Of a stretch of DNA of 64,000 nucleotides, positions 38,765 through 49,110 are shown in pieces. The stretch lies in contig CBDBPJ010000003.1 of the NCBI GenBank assembly GCA_965208655.1, forward strand, positions 551,790-615,789, written 5' to 3'. The position numbers and the translations under genes are program-made. The DNA is from Gammaproteobacteria bacterium (GTDB taxonomy: Bacteria > Pseudomonadota > Gammaproteobacteria > Eutrophobiales > Eutrophobiaceae). How positions within the stretch are numbered: the first letter of the stretch is position 1; the number at the start of each line of letters is the position of its first letter. Under the pieces are notes generated by a model. It saw only the letters and a program-made list of their open reading frames with translations. It had not been told where the DNA came from and did not search any database.

Positions 38765-40444
38765 ATGAAGACAGGCGCACAAATTCTCGCAGATATCCTG
38801 GTAAATAATGGAACCCGCTTCGTGTTTCACATGCCCGGGGAAAGTTTTCTCAGCGCAATCGACGCCTTGAGCGGGTACCGGGATAAGGTAACGGCGATCA
38901 GTTGCCGCAATGAAACGGGAATGGCCGTGATGGCGGAGGCGACCGGCAAGTTGACCGGCAAGCCGGGGGTCTGTTTTGTAACACGGAGTCCCGGCGCGAC
39001 CAATGCGTGCCTGGGTGTCCATACCGCGTTCCAGGATTCCTCACCGATGATCCTGATCGTCGGCCAGGCGGGGCAGTTTGAAACCGAACGCGACGCATTT
39101 TTACAATACCAGGATTTCCCGAACATGTTTGCGCCCATGTCCAAGTGGGTGGCGCAGGTCGATAGCGCGCACCGGTTGCCGGAAATTGTCAGCCGGGCTT
39201 TTCATACTGCGCTGTCCGGCAGGCCAGGGCCTGTCGTCCTGGTAATCCCGGAAAATGTACTTAACGAAGAGTGCCAGCCGCAGAACGTGGCTCCGGTACA
39301 GGCAATTCAGCCTTCTCCTTCACGGGAACAGGTCGACGCGCTGTTCAGGCTGTTGGGCGAGGCAAAAAAACCGGTGTTACTGGTCGGTGGCGCCGGATGG
39401 GATGAAACCGCAAGGGAGCAGGTACAGGACTTTGCTGATAAGAATAAACTGCCCGTAGTTGCTTCTTTCAGGCGCAGGGATATTATTGACCAGCGCCATC
39501 CGTGCTACGCGGGCGAACTGGGTATTGCCTGCAATCCAAAAATTATCCCGTGGCTGCAGGAAAGTGACCTGGTCATTGCTTTTGGCCTGCGTCTGGGGGA
39601 GATGAATACCATCGGTTCCGGGTTCATGGTCGGGTTTACCCTGTTCGACGTGCCCGCGCCCAGACAGACCCTGGTACAGATTCACAGCGGTATTGAAGAA
39701 CTGCAGCGGGTATACCAGGCTGATTTGGCAATTCTTGCATCTCCGGGCCCGATGGCCTCAGCCCTGAACGGCATGGAGGCCGTTGCCGGCGTCCCGTGGG
39801 AACAATGGACCCGAAACGCCCGGGCCGAATATGAAACATTCACCGCCACCGACAATTGTCCCGGGCCGGTCGACCTGGCCGGCATCTTTCGCTGGCTGCG
39901 GGAACGCTTGCCCGCAGATGCCATCCTGACCAACGGGGCCGGCACCTATGCAGGCTGGAGCCAGCGTTACTTCCAGCATTACCGGCCGCATACACAGCTT
40001 GGCCCGATCAGCGGCGGCATGGGCTACGGCCTGCCTGCCGCCATTGCCGCGAAACTGCACCGTCCTGAAGCGACCGTTGTTGCCCTGGGTGGCGACGGCT
40101 GTTTCCTCATGAACAGCGAGGAACTGGCGACCGCGGTGAAATACCATATAGCCGTTATCGTGCTGGTCATCAATAACGATATGTATGGCGCCATACGCCT
40201 GCACCAGGAGACGGCATTCGGCGGGCGGGACCTGGGGACCTCCCTGGCCAACCCGGATTTTGCCGCCCTGGCCAGGGCGTATGGTATCTTCGGCGCGACC
40301 GTGAACAGAACCGACGAGTTCGAACCGGCCTTTGAACAGGCGCTGGAGTCCGGCGGACCTGCCTTGATCGAATTGAAAATCAACCCCGAAGCGATTAATA
40401 CGCGCTTTACCCTGAGTTCCATCTCCGGCAAAGATCATAACTGA
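38765..40444 (+). CDS. Thiamine-pyrophosphate-dependent enzyme (acetolactate-synthase-large-subunit/benzoylformate-decarboxylase-like)
   Basis: Start placed at internal ATG MKTGAQIL; GDGCFLMNSEELATAV TPP-binding motif; three-domain layout. Confidence 0.8.
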   Translation: MKTGAQILADILVNNGTRFVFHMPGESFLSAIDALSGYRDKVTAISCRNETGMAVMAEATGKLTGKPGVCFVTRSPGATNACLGVHTAFQDSSPMILIVGQAGQFETERDAFLQYQDFPNMFAPMSKWVAQVDSAHRLPEIVSRAFHTALSGRPGPVVLVIPENVLNEECQPQNVAPVQAIQPSPSREQVDALFRLLGEAKKPVLLVGGAGWDETAREQVQDFADKNKLPVVASFRRRDIIDQRHPCYAGELGIACNPKIIPWLQESDLVIAFGLRLGEMNTIGSGFMVGFTLFDVPAPRQTLVQIHSGIEELQRVYQADLAILASPGPMASALNGMEAVAGVPWEQWTRNARAEYETFTATDNCPGPVDLAGIFRWLRERLPADAILTNGAGTYAGWSQRYFQHYRPHTQLGPISGGMGYGLPAAIAAKLHRPEATVVALGGDGCFLMNSEELATAVKYHIAVIVLVINNDMYGAIRLHQETAFGGRDLGTSLANPDFAALARAYGIFGATVNRTDEFEPAFEQALESGGPALIELKINPEAINTRFTLSSISGKDHN

Positions 40445-40502
40445 TTCATATCAGGTGAGATCGGGAACCGGCAGTTGGTTCAACGACACGGAGCAACACA
40501 CC

Positions 40503-40874
40503 ATGAAAAATCTGACGCATAATTTTCTCATAGCAGCCATCCTCTACGGCCTCTGGGGTACGCTGATGGGCGCCTGGATGGTATTTGCCGGGCAGTCACA
40601 CCTGAGCCAGGTACACGCCCATATCAACCTGGTCGGCTGGGTGGCGCTGGCGCTGTTCGGCGCGTTTTATCACATCTATCCCAGTGTGTCCGAGACAAGG
40701 CTGGCGGCTGTCCACTTCTGGACGGCAAACCTTTCCGTTCTTGCGCTCAATATCGGGCTGTGGATGTTCTTTGAACAACAAGGCGGGTTCCTGCTGATCA
40801 GGGTGGGGACGCTGCTGGTATTGCTGTCGTTCCTGCTGTTCCTGGTTTTAATGTGCCGGGCAAGGCCGGCCTGA
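40503..40874 (+). CDS. Small integral membrane protein (~4 TM helices, several conserved His), function unknown
   Basis: Start placed at ATG MKNLTH with GGAG 8 nt upstream; hydrophobic helices. Confidence 0.45.
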   Translation: MKNLTHNFLIAAILYGLWGTLMGAWMVFAGQSHLSQVHAHINLVGWVALALFGAFYHIYPSVSETRLAAVHFWTANLSVLALNIGLWMFFEQQGGFLLIRVGTLLVLLSFLLFLVLMCRARPA

Positions 40875-40886
40875 AGGGGAGACGAT

Positions 40887-41711
40887 ATGATGAAATTCAT
40901 CTTTACAGGCCTGTTCGCCATGTCATTCGGCATGGCGGCGCAGGCGGGTGACGTACGCTTTACCCTGCTGGAAAAAGGCGCGAGTTATGAAATGGATGAG
41001 GCCGGCGAGTTACACCTGGTCAGGATTGAATTCGTCAGCGAAACCATTTTGAGTGACGGCGGGGCTATCGTTGACGGGACCATAACACAGGCCGGGAGCG
41101 CAACGCCGGTATTCGAGTTGAAGGAATCGGAAGCTTTTTTCAACCGTTATGCCAATTCCTATGCGGATGTTAGCGCGCTGGATAAAGCCCATCCCAATAC
41201 CGGGTACGTTGTCAATATCCGCGGCAAGTCCAGCCGCATTGAGGATTTATCCCTGGTATTCGACGGCCCGGAAGGGCAGGTGCAGTTCCCTGACCCCATA
41301 CGTATCACGTTACAGCAGGAAAATAACGAAGCCGGTTTTACGCCGGTTGACCCCGATAAGGACCTGCACCTGATCTGGAGTGAATTTTCCAAGGGCGCGG
41401 CCGACCCGAGGGGCATCCTGGATGACCTGGTATTCGCCATAGTCAGTGATTGTCACGGCAACAGCGTCAGCCGTAGCGGCATTCCCTTAGTCATGCCGGA
41501 GTACCTGACGTTCCGCGCCGACAAACACGTCATACCCGCCGACAGCTTACAACCAGGGTTGACCCATGAAGTTACGGTTATACATGTGAATGGCGTGGAT
41601 ACCAGGCAGACAGGGGATACGATTGCCATGGTAAGCTATAACGCCACCACAAAAATGCAGTTCCGGACCACAGGCGAAGCTGTCGGACTGCCTTGCGCAG
41701 AAGCGCCCTGA
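40887..41711 (+). CDS. Secreted hypothetical protein
   Basis: Signal peptide MMKFIFTGLFAMSFGMAAQA; no recognisable domain. Confidence 0.45.
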   Translation: MMKFIFTGLFAMSFGMAAQAGDVRFTLLEKGASYEMDEAGELHLVRIEFVSETILSDGGAIVDGTITQAGSATPVFELKESEAFFNRYANSYADVSALDKAHPNTGYVVNIRGKSSRIEDLSLVFDGPEGQVQFPDPIRITLQQENNEAGFTPVDPDKDLHLIWSEFSKGAADPRGILDDLVFAIVSDCHGNSVSRSGIPLVMPEYLTFRADKHVIPADSLQPGLTHEVTVIHVNGVDTRQTGDTIAMVSYNATTKMQFRTTGEAVGLPCAEAP

Positions 41712-41744
41712 GCGGTTCTGCCGGCCAATCATGGAGAGTAACAG

Positions 41745-41765
41745 GCCCTGATCGGTATCAGGGGA
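41745..41765. terminator. Short GC hairpin (ccctgat-cggt-atcaggg) between convergent genes
   Basis: 7-bp stem overlapping the tannase-2 stop codon; no T-tract. Confidence 0.25.
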
Positions 41766-43383
41766 CAGCGCAGGTATAGCTATCCATTTTTGCGGTATCC
41801 CCGCGTCCGCGGTATACGGCAATTTCAGGGTACGGGCAAAGCGGGTGTTCCCGTCCCGTTTCAGCGTCTTCAAGCTCGATTGCCCTAATCTGTTCCGGCG
41901 CAGTGCCGCCTTCCACCCAGTTGATCAGGGCGGTCATCCCGTCAAAGCGGTCGGCGCCCAATCCGCCCCAGCAGTGGAAACCGCCGGGCACCATGAACAG
42001 CCGAAAAAAAGAAGCGGTGTCTTCACCCATACCGGCAACGACCTGCTCATAGTAATCCACGCTGATTTGAGGGTTGACCCCCGCGTCCGCCCAACCGTGA
42101 TACAACAGCAGCTTTGCGCCGCGCGCGCGGAAGCTGCTGAAGTCCGTGGAGTTGGCATCCATGATGTCAGACATGGCTTCAAGGCGCGGCAAGGTTTCCT
42201 TTACGTCCAGTTCGCGCCAGTCGATGGTTTCATCGTCTTTTTCAAAGGCAAGATATTTCAGCCAGGAATCGACGATGGCGATTTGCTCACTGAACCCCCG
42301 TTCGTCGGGAAATACCCGGCGCCACCAGGGGGACCGGTCCGGCACCGGCTCAAACGTGGCAAATTTATAATGACGGCCGCTTGGCTCCGAACCTACCGGT
42401 ATCCCCGGCGCAACCTGCACGCCGTCAACGACCAGGCCGTTATATATCCTTGCCAGGGCTTCGATTTCCGTAGCGGTGAAACCGGTTTTGCCCGAGGCAT
42501 CAAGGGGCAGGTCCCGGGCCGGGTCAAAATCAATCGCCAGCGGGTTTTCAATGACACCGTCCGCCACCTTGTCCAGTTCGTCATATTTGGCCATGATGAC
42601 TTTCCCCAGCAACTCGACGCGATCCGCATCGAACCGGCCCTGCAGTTGCGCCATCTGGTTATTCCAGGCGTACAGCACGCTCCTGACGAAATCAAATACC
42701 GGAGAGCCAACCAGGATACCGTCGTAATCGGCCGGATAGCGCAGCGCCGCCTTGATGCCCTGGCCGCCGGCGGTGGAGCAGCCATCGTAGTATGAATAAC
42801 TGACCGGCTTGCCGTAATACATCGCCGCCAGCCGTTTGCTGACGACGGTAGTCAGGTGCAGGGCGCGGAAGCTGTAATCGACCTCCTTGTGAATGGCGTT
42901 GTGTGCCCAGGTGCCGCCCGGTTCGGTATCCTGGTCGTGGCCGAGATTGCTGAAGGCGGTAGCGAACCCGTTGCGCAAGGCGCGCCGGCGATCGTCCAAC
43001 CCGTAGTTGCCGTATACCGAATGACCTCCGTAGCCGCCGTTGCCATGGACATACAGACGCCGGTTCCAGTCAGCCGGCAGGTTGGTGCGGTATTGAATTT
43101 CCGGGGCGATGACCCCTGTCACTTCGCATGATTCAGGTGCGGCTTCAGTTGCAGGAACAAGCCTGGCGCTGATGACGCTGTGGTCGAAATCGGTCACGGA
43201 CATCAGTTCCCTGCAGGCCATGGCGGGAGTGACGTCGCGCTGGCGGTAGTCGATCCCTGAAAGCTCCGCGTCCATGAAACTCCAACTGTTGGTTTCCGCT
43301 ACGCTGTGCAAATGGCCGAGTGACAGGATTGTGAAAACCATCCATTGCGTTAATCGGGTGGTTTGAAATGCCGGCAGGTTCAT
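41758..43383 (-). CDS. Secreted tannase/feruloyl-esterase-family hydrolase (paralog 2)
   Basis: Signal peptide; GCSTAGG motif; strong similarity to paralogs 1, 3 and 4. Confidence 0.8.
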   Translation of the reverse strand: MNLPAFQTTRLTQWMVFTILSLGHLHSVAETNSWSFMDAELSGIDYRQRDVTPAMACRELMSVTDFDHSVISARLVPATEAAPESCEVTGVIAPEIQYRTNLPADWNRRLYVHGNGGYGGHSVYGNYGLDDRRRALRNGFATAFSNLGHDQDTEPGGTWAHNAIHKEVDYSFRALHLTTVVSKRLAAMYYGKPVSYSYYDGCSTAGGQGIKAALRYPADYDGILVGSPVFDFVRSVLYAWNNQMAQLQGRFDADRVELLGKVIMAKYDELDKVADGVIENPLAIDFDPARDLPLDASGKTGFTATEIEALARIYNGLVVDGVQVAPGIPVGSEPSGRHYKFATFEPVPDRSPWWRRVFPDERGFSEQIAIVDSWLKYLAFEKDDETIDWRELDVKETLPRLEAMSDIMDANSTDFSSFRARGAKLLLYHGWADAGVNPQISVDYYEQVVAGMGEDTASFFRLFMVPGGFHCWGGLGADRFDGMTALINWVEGGTAPEQIRAIELEDAETGREHPLCPYPEIAVYRGRGDTAKMDSYTCAVP

Positions 43384-43514
43384 GGAGTGTGTCCTTATTC
43401 AGTATGTCCGGGTCGGTAAGCCGCCTGTTTGGTGCAGGGATATTACTGTATACTGTATGCTCATCCCCCAATTCTGGCAATTAACCGATTGTTGATACCA
43501 CCCGTGGGACAAAC

Positions 43515-44564
43515 TTGGTCATGAGTAAACCTGTCAGGGTCCTGTCATTTGCGTTATTTTTTCTCTTCACCGGAAACGGCGTTTTCGCGGCCGGTCCCGC
43601 AGTCCTGGAAGTCCACAGCACGTTTCCCAGGGACCTGGCCGTTCAGGGTGAAAGCGCGCATCATCTGAACGGGATAATACAGGAGATTTCCTCAGGCAGG
43701 CTGAAACTGGAAATATTCGGCGCCGGGGAGATTGTCCCTGCCTTCGAAGTCTTCGATGCGGTCAGCGCCAACGCGGTAGCGGCAGGCTGGGACTGGATCG
43801 GCTACTGGGCGAACAAGGTGCCGGTTACCGGTATTATCGGCTCGATGCCGTTCGGACCGCCTCCGGATGTGTTTATTTCGTGGTTGTATGCCGGCGGCGG
43901 CCGGGAGATCCTGCAAAGAGCCTATGATAAACACGATCTGTGGGCCATACCCTGCCACATGACGCTGCAGGAAGCGGGTGGCTGGTTTAACAAGGAGATC
44001 AATTCAATCGAGGATTTCCGCGGTTTGAAGATGCGCATTTCCGGGCTGGGAGGAAAGATACTCAACAGGGTCGGCGCATCCACCCAGCTTATCCCCGGCG
44101 GCGAGGTTTACCTGGCGCTGGAGCGCGGCCGTATCGAGGCCACCGAGTATGCCCTGCCTCAAATCGATGACGCGCTGGGGTTTCCCAGGATCGCAAAATA
44201 CTATTATTTCCCCGGCTGGCACCAACCCACCAGCCTGAATACCCTGATGATCAACAGGACTGTCTGGGAGGAATACACGCAACAGGAACGGTTGATGTTT
44301 GAAACCGCCTGCAGGGTCAATTTTTTGTGGAGCTACACCAACGGAGCGGTTCCCCAGTCCGATTTTCTCAGCAAGTTTGAAGAACAGGGCGTGCAGCTAC
44401 GCCGCTTCCCCGACGAGGTGCTGGATGCGTTACGGGAAGCGTCACGGACAGTGCTGGAAGAAGAGGCAGCGAAAGATCCGTACTTCAAAGAGGCCTATGA
44501 TTCGATCCGGGCCTTCAGCGCCAAAGTGAACCGCTGGTATGAGATACAGGACTTCAAACGATAA
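43515..44564 (+). CDS. TRAP-transporter DctP-family periplasmic solute-binding protein (orphan; no DctQ/DctM nearby)
   Basis: Signal peptide; GEIVPAFEVFDAV and FRGLKMRISG...GA..QLIPGGEVYLALERGRIEATE match the DctP pattern. Confidence 0.55.
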   Translation: MVMSKPVRVLSFALFFLFTGNGVFAAGPAVLEVHSTFPRDLAVQGESAHHLNGIIQEISSGRLKLEIFGAGEIVPAFEVFDAVSANAVAAGWDWIGYWANKVPVTGIIGSMPFGPPPDVFISWLYAGGGREILQRAYDKHDLWAIPCHMTLQEAGGWFNKEINSIEDFRGLKMRISGLGGKILNRVGASTQLIPGGEVYLALERGRIEATEYALPQIDDALGFPRIAKYYYFPGWHQPTSLNTLMINRTVWEEYTQQERLMFETACRVNFLWSYTNGAVPQSDFLSKFEEQGVQLRRFPDEVLDALREASRTVLEEEAAKDPYFKEAYDSIRAFSAKVNRWYEIQDFKR

Positions 44565-45614
44565 CGGTAACTATTAAGTCGAGGTCGATTATGTACATTG
44601 GTATTCGTATTTGCGGGTTGCTGGCGGCTCTTATCCTGGGCAGTTTAAATGGCGCGAATGCAGGTGACTGGCCCGTGCACAGCGGTGACAAGAAAGGCAC
44701 GCGTTATTCCCTGTTGGAACAGATCACCCCCGATAACGTGGATAAACTGGAAGTTGCCTGGCGTTACCGCACCGGAGAGAAAGAGCGGCGCGGAGAAAAA
44801 GCATTTGAACAGAGTAAGGATCAAAGCATTCCCCTGCTGGTTGCCGGTAATTTAATCATCTGCACCCCGTTTAACCGCATTATCGCCCTGGACCCGGCCA
44901 ACGGAAATGAACGCTGGGTATTCGACCCCGAGATTCCCCTGGACCTGGTGGAGCCCACTACCTACGGTTGCCGTGGCGTGGCTTACTGGCGAGATGAAAG
45001 CAGCACTGATGCAGAGCCGTGCCATGAACGCCTGCTGTTCGGCACCAATGATCTGCGCATGTTCGCAATCGACGCGAAGACAGGAAAACGCTGTACGGAA
45101 TTCGGTGATGGCGGCGTCGTGGACCTGCCGCCGAGCAAACCCGAACTGTACCGTGGTGAAGTCCAGTACGCGTTTCCTCCCATCGTGGTTAACGGTATTG
45201 TCGTACTGGGCTCGACGATCGGCGATAACCAGCGTATCGATACACCCAGCGGCAAGGTACAGGCCCTGTCGGCAAAAAACGGGGAAAAGCTGTGGGAGTT
45301 CGAACCGATCCCCAGGTCGGCAGCGGACCCGGCCTTTGCTACCTGGGGTAATAACAGCGCCCTGGTAAACGGCAGCGCCAACGTCTGGTCCAACATGGCC
45401 GCGGATGAGGGGCGGGACATGGTGTTCCTGCCGGTCTCCACGCCCGCGCCGGATAATTACGGCGGTACGCGGCCGGGCAATAACGAATACGCAAATTCAC
45501 TGGTGGCATTGAGAGGCAGCACCGGTGTCAACAGGAAATTAAAATGTCCACTTTTCAGGATTCTAAAATGTCCCCTGGTGGATAAAGAAATGGCTGTGTC
45601 AATCATCTTGTGAA

Positions 45615-46397
45615 TCAGTCCGTATCTGGCAACTGTTCCGGTTTCATTACCGGCGCCCGCCCCAATAACCCCGCCTTGCGCTTCTCCTTCAACCGGTAAC
45701 TCTCACCCTTGATATTCAGGGTGGTGGCATGGTGCAGCAAACGGTCCAGGATCGCCGTGGCCAGCACCTGGTCACCGAAGATCTCGCCCCAGTCGATGAA
45801 GCTCTTGTTGGAGGTGAGGATGAGGCTGGCCTTCTCATAGCGGCGTTGGATGAGCCGGAACAACAAACTGGCATCCTCCCGGGACAGGGGCAGGTAGCCC
45901 ATTTCGTCGAGTATAAGGACTTTGGGGTAGACCCATTGCTGCAGTTGTTTCTCCAGGCGGTTCTCATCCCGGGCCCGTTTCAGTTTGCTGAGCAGGTTGT
46001 CCAGGGTCAGGAACAGGACCCGGTGCCCGGCTTCCACGGCTTTCACGCCCAGGGCGACGGCCAGGTGCGTCTTGCCCACTCCCGGCGGTCCCAGCAGGAT
46101 GACGTTCTCGCCCCGTTCCACAAACGCCAGGCCCGCCAGGGTCTTGACCAGTTTGCGGTCCAGGCTCGGCTGGAACGTGAAGTCGAACTGTGCCAGGGTC
46201 TTCACCCAGGGCAGGCGCGCCTGCCGCAGTCGGCTGTCCACCCCGTTAACGTGGCGTCCCTGCCATTCGACCCGTAAGGCCTCGGTTAAAAAGGCCGGAT
46301 AATCCCATTCCTGTTTGGCGGCCTGTTCACACACCGTCTCCAGTTGTGCCGGCAGGTGCTGGAACTTCAGCTTCGTCATTAATTGTGTCAGTTCCAT
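45615..46397 (-). CDS. istB: IS21 IstB helper ATPase (AAA+)
   Basis: GPPGVGKTHLA Walker A; start MELTQLM overlaps the istA stop. Confidence 0.9.
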   Translation of the reverse strand: MELTQLMTKLKFQHLPAQLETVCEQAAKQEWDYPAFLTEALRVEWQGRHVNGVDSRLRQARLPWVKTLAQFDFTFQPSLDRKLVKTLAGLAFVERGENVILLGPPGVGKTHLAVALGVKAVEAGHRVLFLTLDNLLSKLKRARDENRLEKQLQQWVYPKVLILDEMGYLPLSREDASLLFRLIQRRYEKASLILTSNKSFIDWGEIFGDQVLATAILDRLLHHATTLNIKGESYRLKEKRKAGLLGRAPVMKPEQLPDTD

Positions 46398-47554
46398 TGT
46401 CCCGCCTCCTCGTACGCAGCCAACTCCCGTCGCTCTACCTGCAAGGCCTCCCGCCACAGCGCTGCATGATGGGCCGGGATACTCTGCCAACCGGCGCCGG
46501 CCGGGCGCAACCGGTGCTCGGCAATACACCGGTCCTGGCCGTCCACCACGCGTAAGCGGTCATCCAGGCCGATGTGCACCGTCACCGGTTGACCACAGTA
46601 CACTGCCGGCACACTGTAGCGGTTGCCGCGCACCTCGATATACCCGTCCCAGGCCACAAACCGCTGTTCCCGGTAAGCCGTATCAAAACGCACCGTCGGT
46701 AAGGGGGATAACTGTCCACGCTCTGCCTCAAACCGGTCTATGACGCGCTGCCGATGCGTCCCGTGCATGCGTGGGTCCGCCTCGTCCCGTAACCAACTCT
46801 CCAACTGCTGGTTCAGATGCGCCAGGGTCTCAAACTGCCGGTAGCGCACAAAGAAGTGTTCCTTCACATAACGCACCATGCGTTCGGTCTTGCCCTTGGT
46901 GCGCGCCCGGTACGGCCGGCACGCCTTCGGCATAAATCCGTAATGCCCCGCCAGGTCCAGAAAACGCGGATGAAACTGCACGCCTTCCCCCACTCGATGC
47001 GCAATCACCGCCGACTTCTGGTTGTCCACCAGCACCGTCTTCGTTACACCGCCCAGGTACGCAAAACTGCGCACCAGACACTCATAGGTGTGCGCCGCAT
47101 CCTGACTGACCGTGCCCCACACATGAAACCGGCGCGAATACCCCAGCGTGTTCACCGCAATAAACACCTTCTGCTCAAGTCCGCCTATCGCCGTCCAGAC
47201 TTCGCCCCAGTCATGCTGTAACTGCTCCCCTGGCCCAGTCTCAAAACGCACCGTCGCCCGGCTCGCACGCAACGGACGCTTGGGCCGGATATAGGCCCGG
47301 ATCAAACTCACTTCACCCGGATAACCCTGTCCCTGCAACTCGCGCTGAATCACCATCGCATTCCACACCCCCGCCTGCAACAACCGGTCTATCGCCGGCT
47401 TGTACGGGTCCAGAATACTGCCCCGGGCACGCGGCCGTTTCCCGGCCGGCGCACCGCCTCGCTTCAATGCCCGACTCACCGTCCTGGGGTGTACCCCCAG
47501 CTCCCCGGCAATGTCTTTGATATACACCCCGTCGTCGTGTTTGTGTTGTATCAT
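46388..47554 (-). CDS. istA: IS21 IstA transposase (HTH + DDE)
   Basis: N-terminal HTH IAGELGVHPRTVSRAL; start MIQHKHD preceded by GAGGAG RBS. Confidence 0.9.
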   Translation of the reverse strand: MIQHKHDDGVYIKDIAGELGVHPRTVSRALKRGGAPAGKRPRARGSILDPYKPAIDRLLQAGVWNAMVIQRELQGQGYPGEVSLIRAYIRPKRPLRASRATVRFETGPGEQLQHDWGEVWTAIGGLEQKVFIAVNTLGYSRRFHVWGTVSQDAAHTYECLVRSFAYLGGVTKTVLVDNQKSAVIAHRVGEGVQFHPRFLDLAGHYGFMPKACRPYRARTKGKTERMVRYVKEHFFVRYRQFETLAHLNQQLESWLRDEADPRMHGTHRQRVIDRFEAERGQLSPLPTVRFDTAYREQRFVAWDGYIEVRGNRYSVPAVYCGQPVTVHIGLDDRLRVVDGQDRCIAEHRLRPAGAGWQSIPAHHAALWREALQVERRELAAYEEAGQWN

Positions 47555-48851
47555 CAGATAGTCTCCTCGCTTGAGCATCGGTTATCTCCTGTTCTTGAAC
47601 AAAACAAGAAGGTAACCCCGATGCTCGGGTTGAGGGGACTTTTTAGTTTCCTGATATGGGGACTTTTAACATACTTGCTGACACCGGTGAAATGATCTGG
47701 CACTATCAAATCCTGCACCACACGATCTGGGACTACGACCTTGCGCCCCAGCCCCTGCTGGTTGATCTGCCCCGTGACGGGGAGATGGTGCCGGTGGTGG
47801 TGCAGAACACCAAGCAGGGCTTGATCTTTGTTTTTCACCGTGAAACGGGGGAGCCGTTTTTCCCCATTGAAGAACGGCCGGTGCCCCAGGGCGATGTGCC
47901 GGGCGAATGGTACTCCCCGACACAACCGTTCCCGGTAAAACCGCCGCCTTTGATCAAACCTACTGTAACGCCGGACGACATGTGGGGATTCACCTTCTGG
48001 GACAAGGGCAAGTGCCGCGAGACGCTGGAAACACTGCGTTACGGGGACATGTATACACCGCCAAGCCTGCAGGGGAGCGTGATCAGCCCCTGGACCGGCG
48101 GCGGCGCCAACTGGGGCGGCCCGGCCTTTGACCCAGAACGCGGCCTGATGATCATCAACACCAGCCGGGTCATGAAGGTTTCCAAACTGGTGCCCATAGA
48201 GGAAGCCGATAAAGACACGAAAGGTGATGACTTTCACTATGGCCCCGCGGAAAAAATGCACGGGACACCGTATGCGATCAAGGACCAGTTGTTCGTATCT
48301 CCATGGGGCGCTCCCTGTAACACACCGCCCTGGGGCGGCCTGACCGCGGTTAACCTTGCCGAAGGTACAATCTCGTGGGATGTCCCGCTGGGTTCCATCG
48401 AAGATCATCTTCCCCTGCCAATCCCCTGGAACCTGGGTATGACGAATATCGGCGGTCCGATCATCACCGCCAGCGGCCTGATCTTCATCGCCGCGACAAT
48501 GGACCAGGTCTTTCGAGCCTTTGATATAGAGACCGGTGAGGAGTTATGGCGTGACAAGTTGCCTGCGACCACCATGACAACGCCCATAACCTACGAGGTT
48601 AACGGCAGACAGTATATTGCCGTGGTCTCGGGGGGGCATGGTGAGGTCCCCAGCGTCAGGGGTGACTATGTGCTGGGTTATGCCTTACCTGCGGATTAAC
48701 TCCCGCGGGGTGAACTAATCATCTGTTCCAGGGGACACCCTTCAACATCGCCACCTACTCTTTGTTTCTTTGCCGAATGGATTAAACCTTCGCAGCGCCA
48801 TACAGAAGGACGGCTGCAAATAAGATGACAATCACACACAGCGCTATCATT

Positions 48852-49070
48852 TCAATCATAGGGTTCTGATTTCTTCGATGAGTTGATTAATTCGTAATCC
48901 CGATCCAGGGATATCGTCATCTTGACTTTTGCCGGTTTACCTTTTTCATCCTTGAGTTCCGGCAACAGGCCGCGACGCTTCACTTTCAGTTTTTTCAGGT
49001 CATATTCTTCGCGCATAATCTTCTGCCTTGCGATGGGTTGTTTTACGTGTCGAAATGATGCGGATGGCAT
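48852..49070 (-). pseudogene. Truncated brnA-like (RHH, COG3514-type) antitoxin gene fragment
   Basis: MREEYDLKKLKVKRRG...KVKMTISLDRD matches the BrnA N-terminal pattern, then diverges and stops; shares a 118-bp repeat with 53482-53598. Confidence 0.4.
48921..49037. repeat. Direct repeat copy 1 (~118 bp, 60-bp perfect core 48969-49028), paired with 53482-53598
   Basis: Core gccgcgacgcttcactttcagttttttcaggtcatattcttcgcgcataatcttctgcct is identical in both copies. Confidence 0.7.
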
Positions 49071-49110
49071 TCCCGGCGCCTATAGCGGTTTGATCACGGG
49101 ACGGAATTCC

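Larger units (their letters stand above)
45526..47683 (-). mobile_element. IS21-family insertion sequence (2158 bp) with ~50-bp imperfect terminal inverted repeats and a 4-bp CCGG target-site duplication
   Basis: Ends tgtcaacaggaaattaaaatgtcc... and ...ggacttttaacatacttgctgaca align as inverted repeats with internal aaaa(t)gtcc repeats; carries istA + istB. Confidence 0.85.
44591..48699 (+). pseudogene. Periplasmic PQQ-dependent dehydrogenase gene interrupted by an IS21-family insertion (N-part 44591-45525, C-part 47684-48699)
   Basis: N-part has a signal peptide plus DWPVHSGDKKGTRYS...LEVAWRYRTG quinoprotein start; removing the IS and one CCGG copy restores the in-frame ...ALRGSTGEMIWHYQ... 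junction. Confidence 0.8.

Noticed and set aside
43441-43460. Possible LexA (SOS) box because of CTGTAT repeats
   Set aside because: Does not fit CTGT-N8-ACAG palindrome spacing. It is better explained as an extended -10 promoter element.
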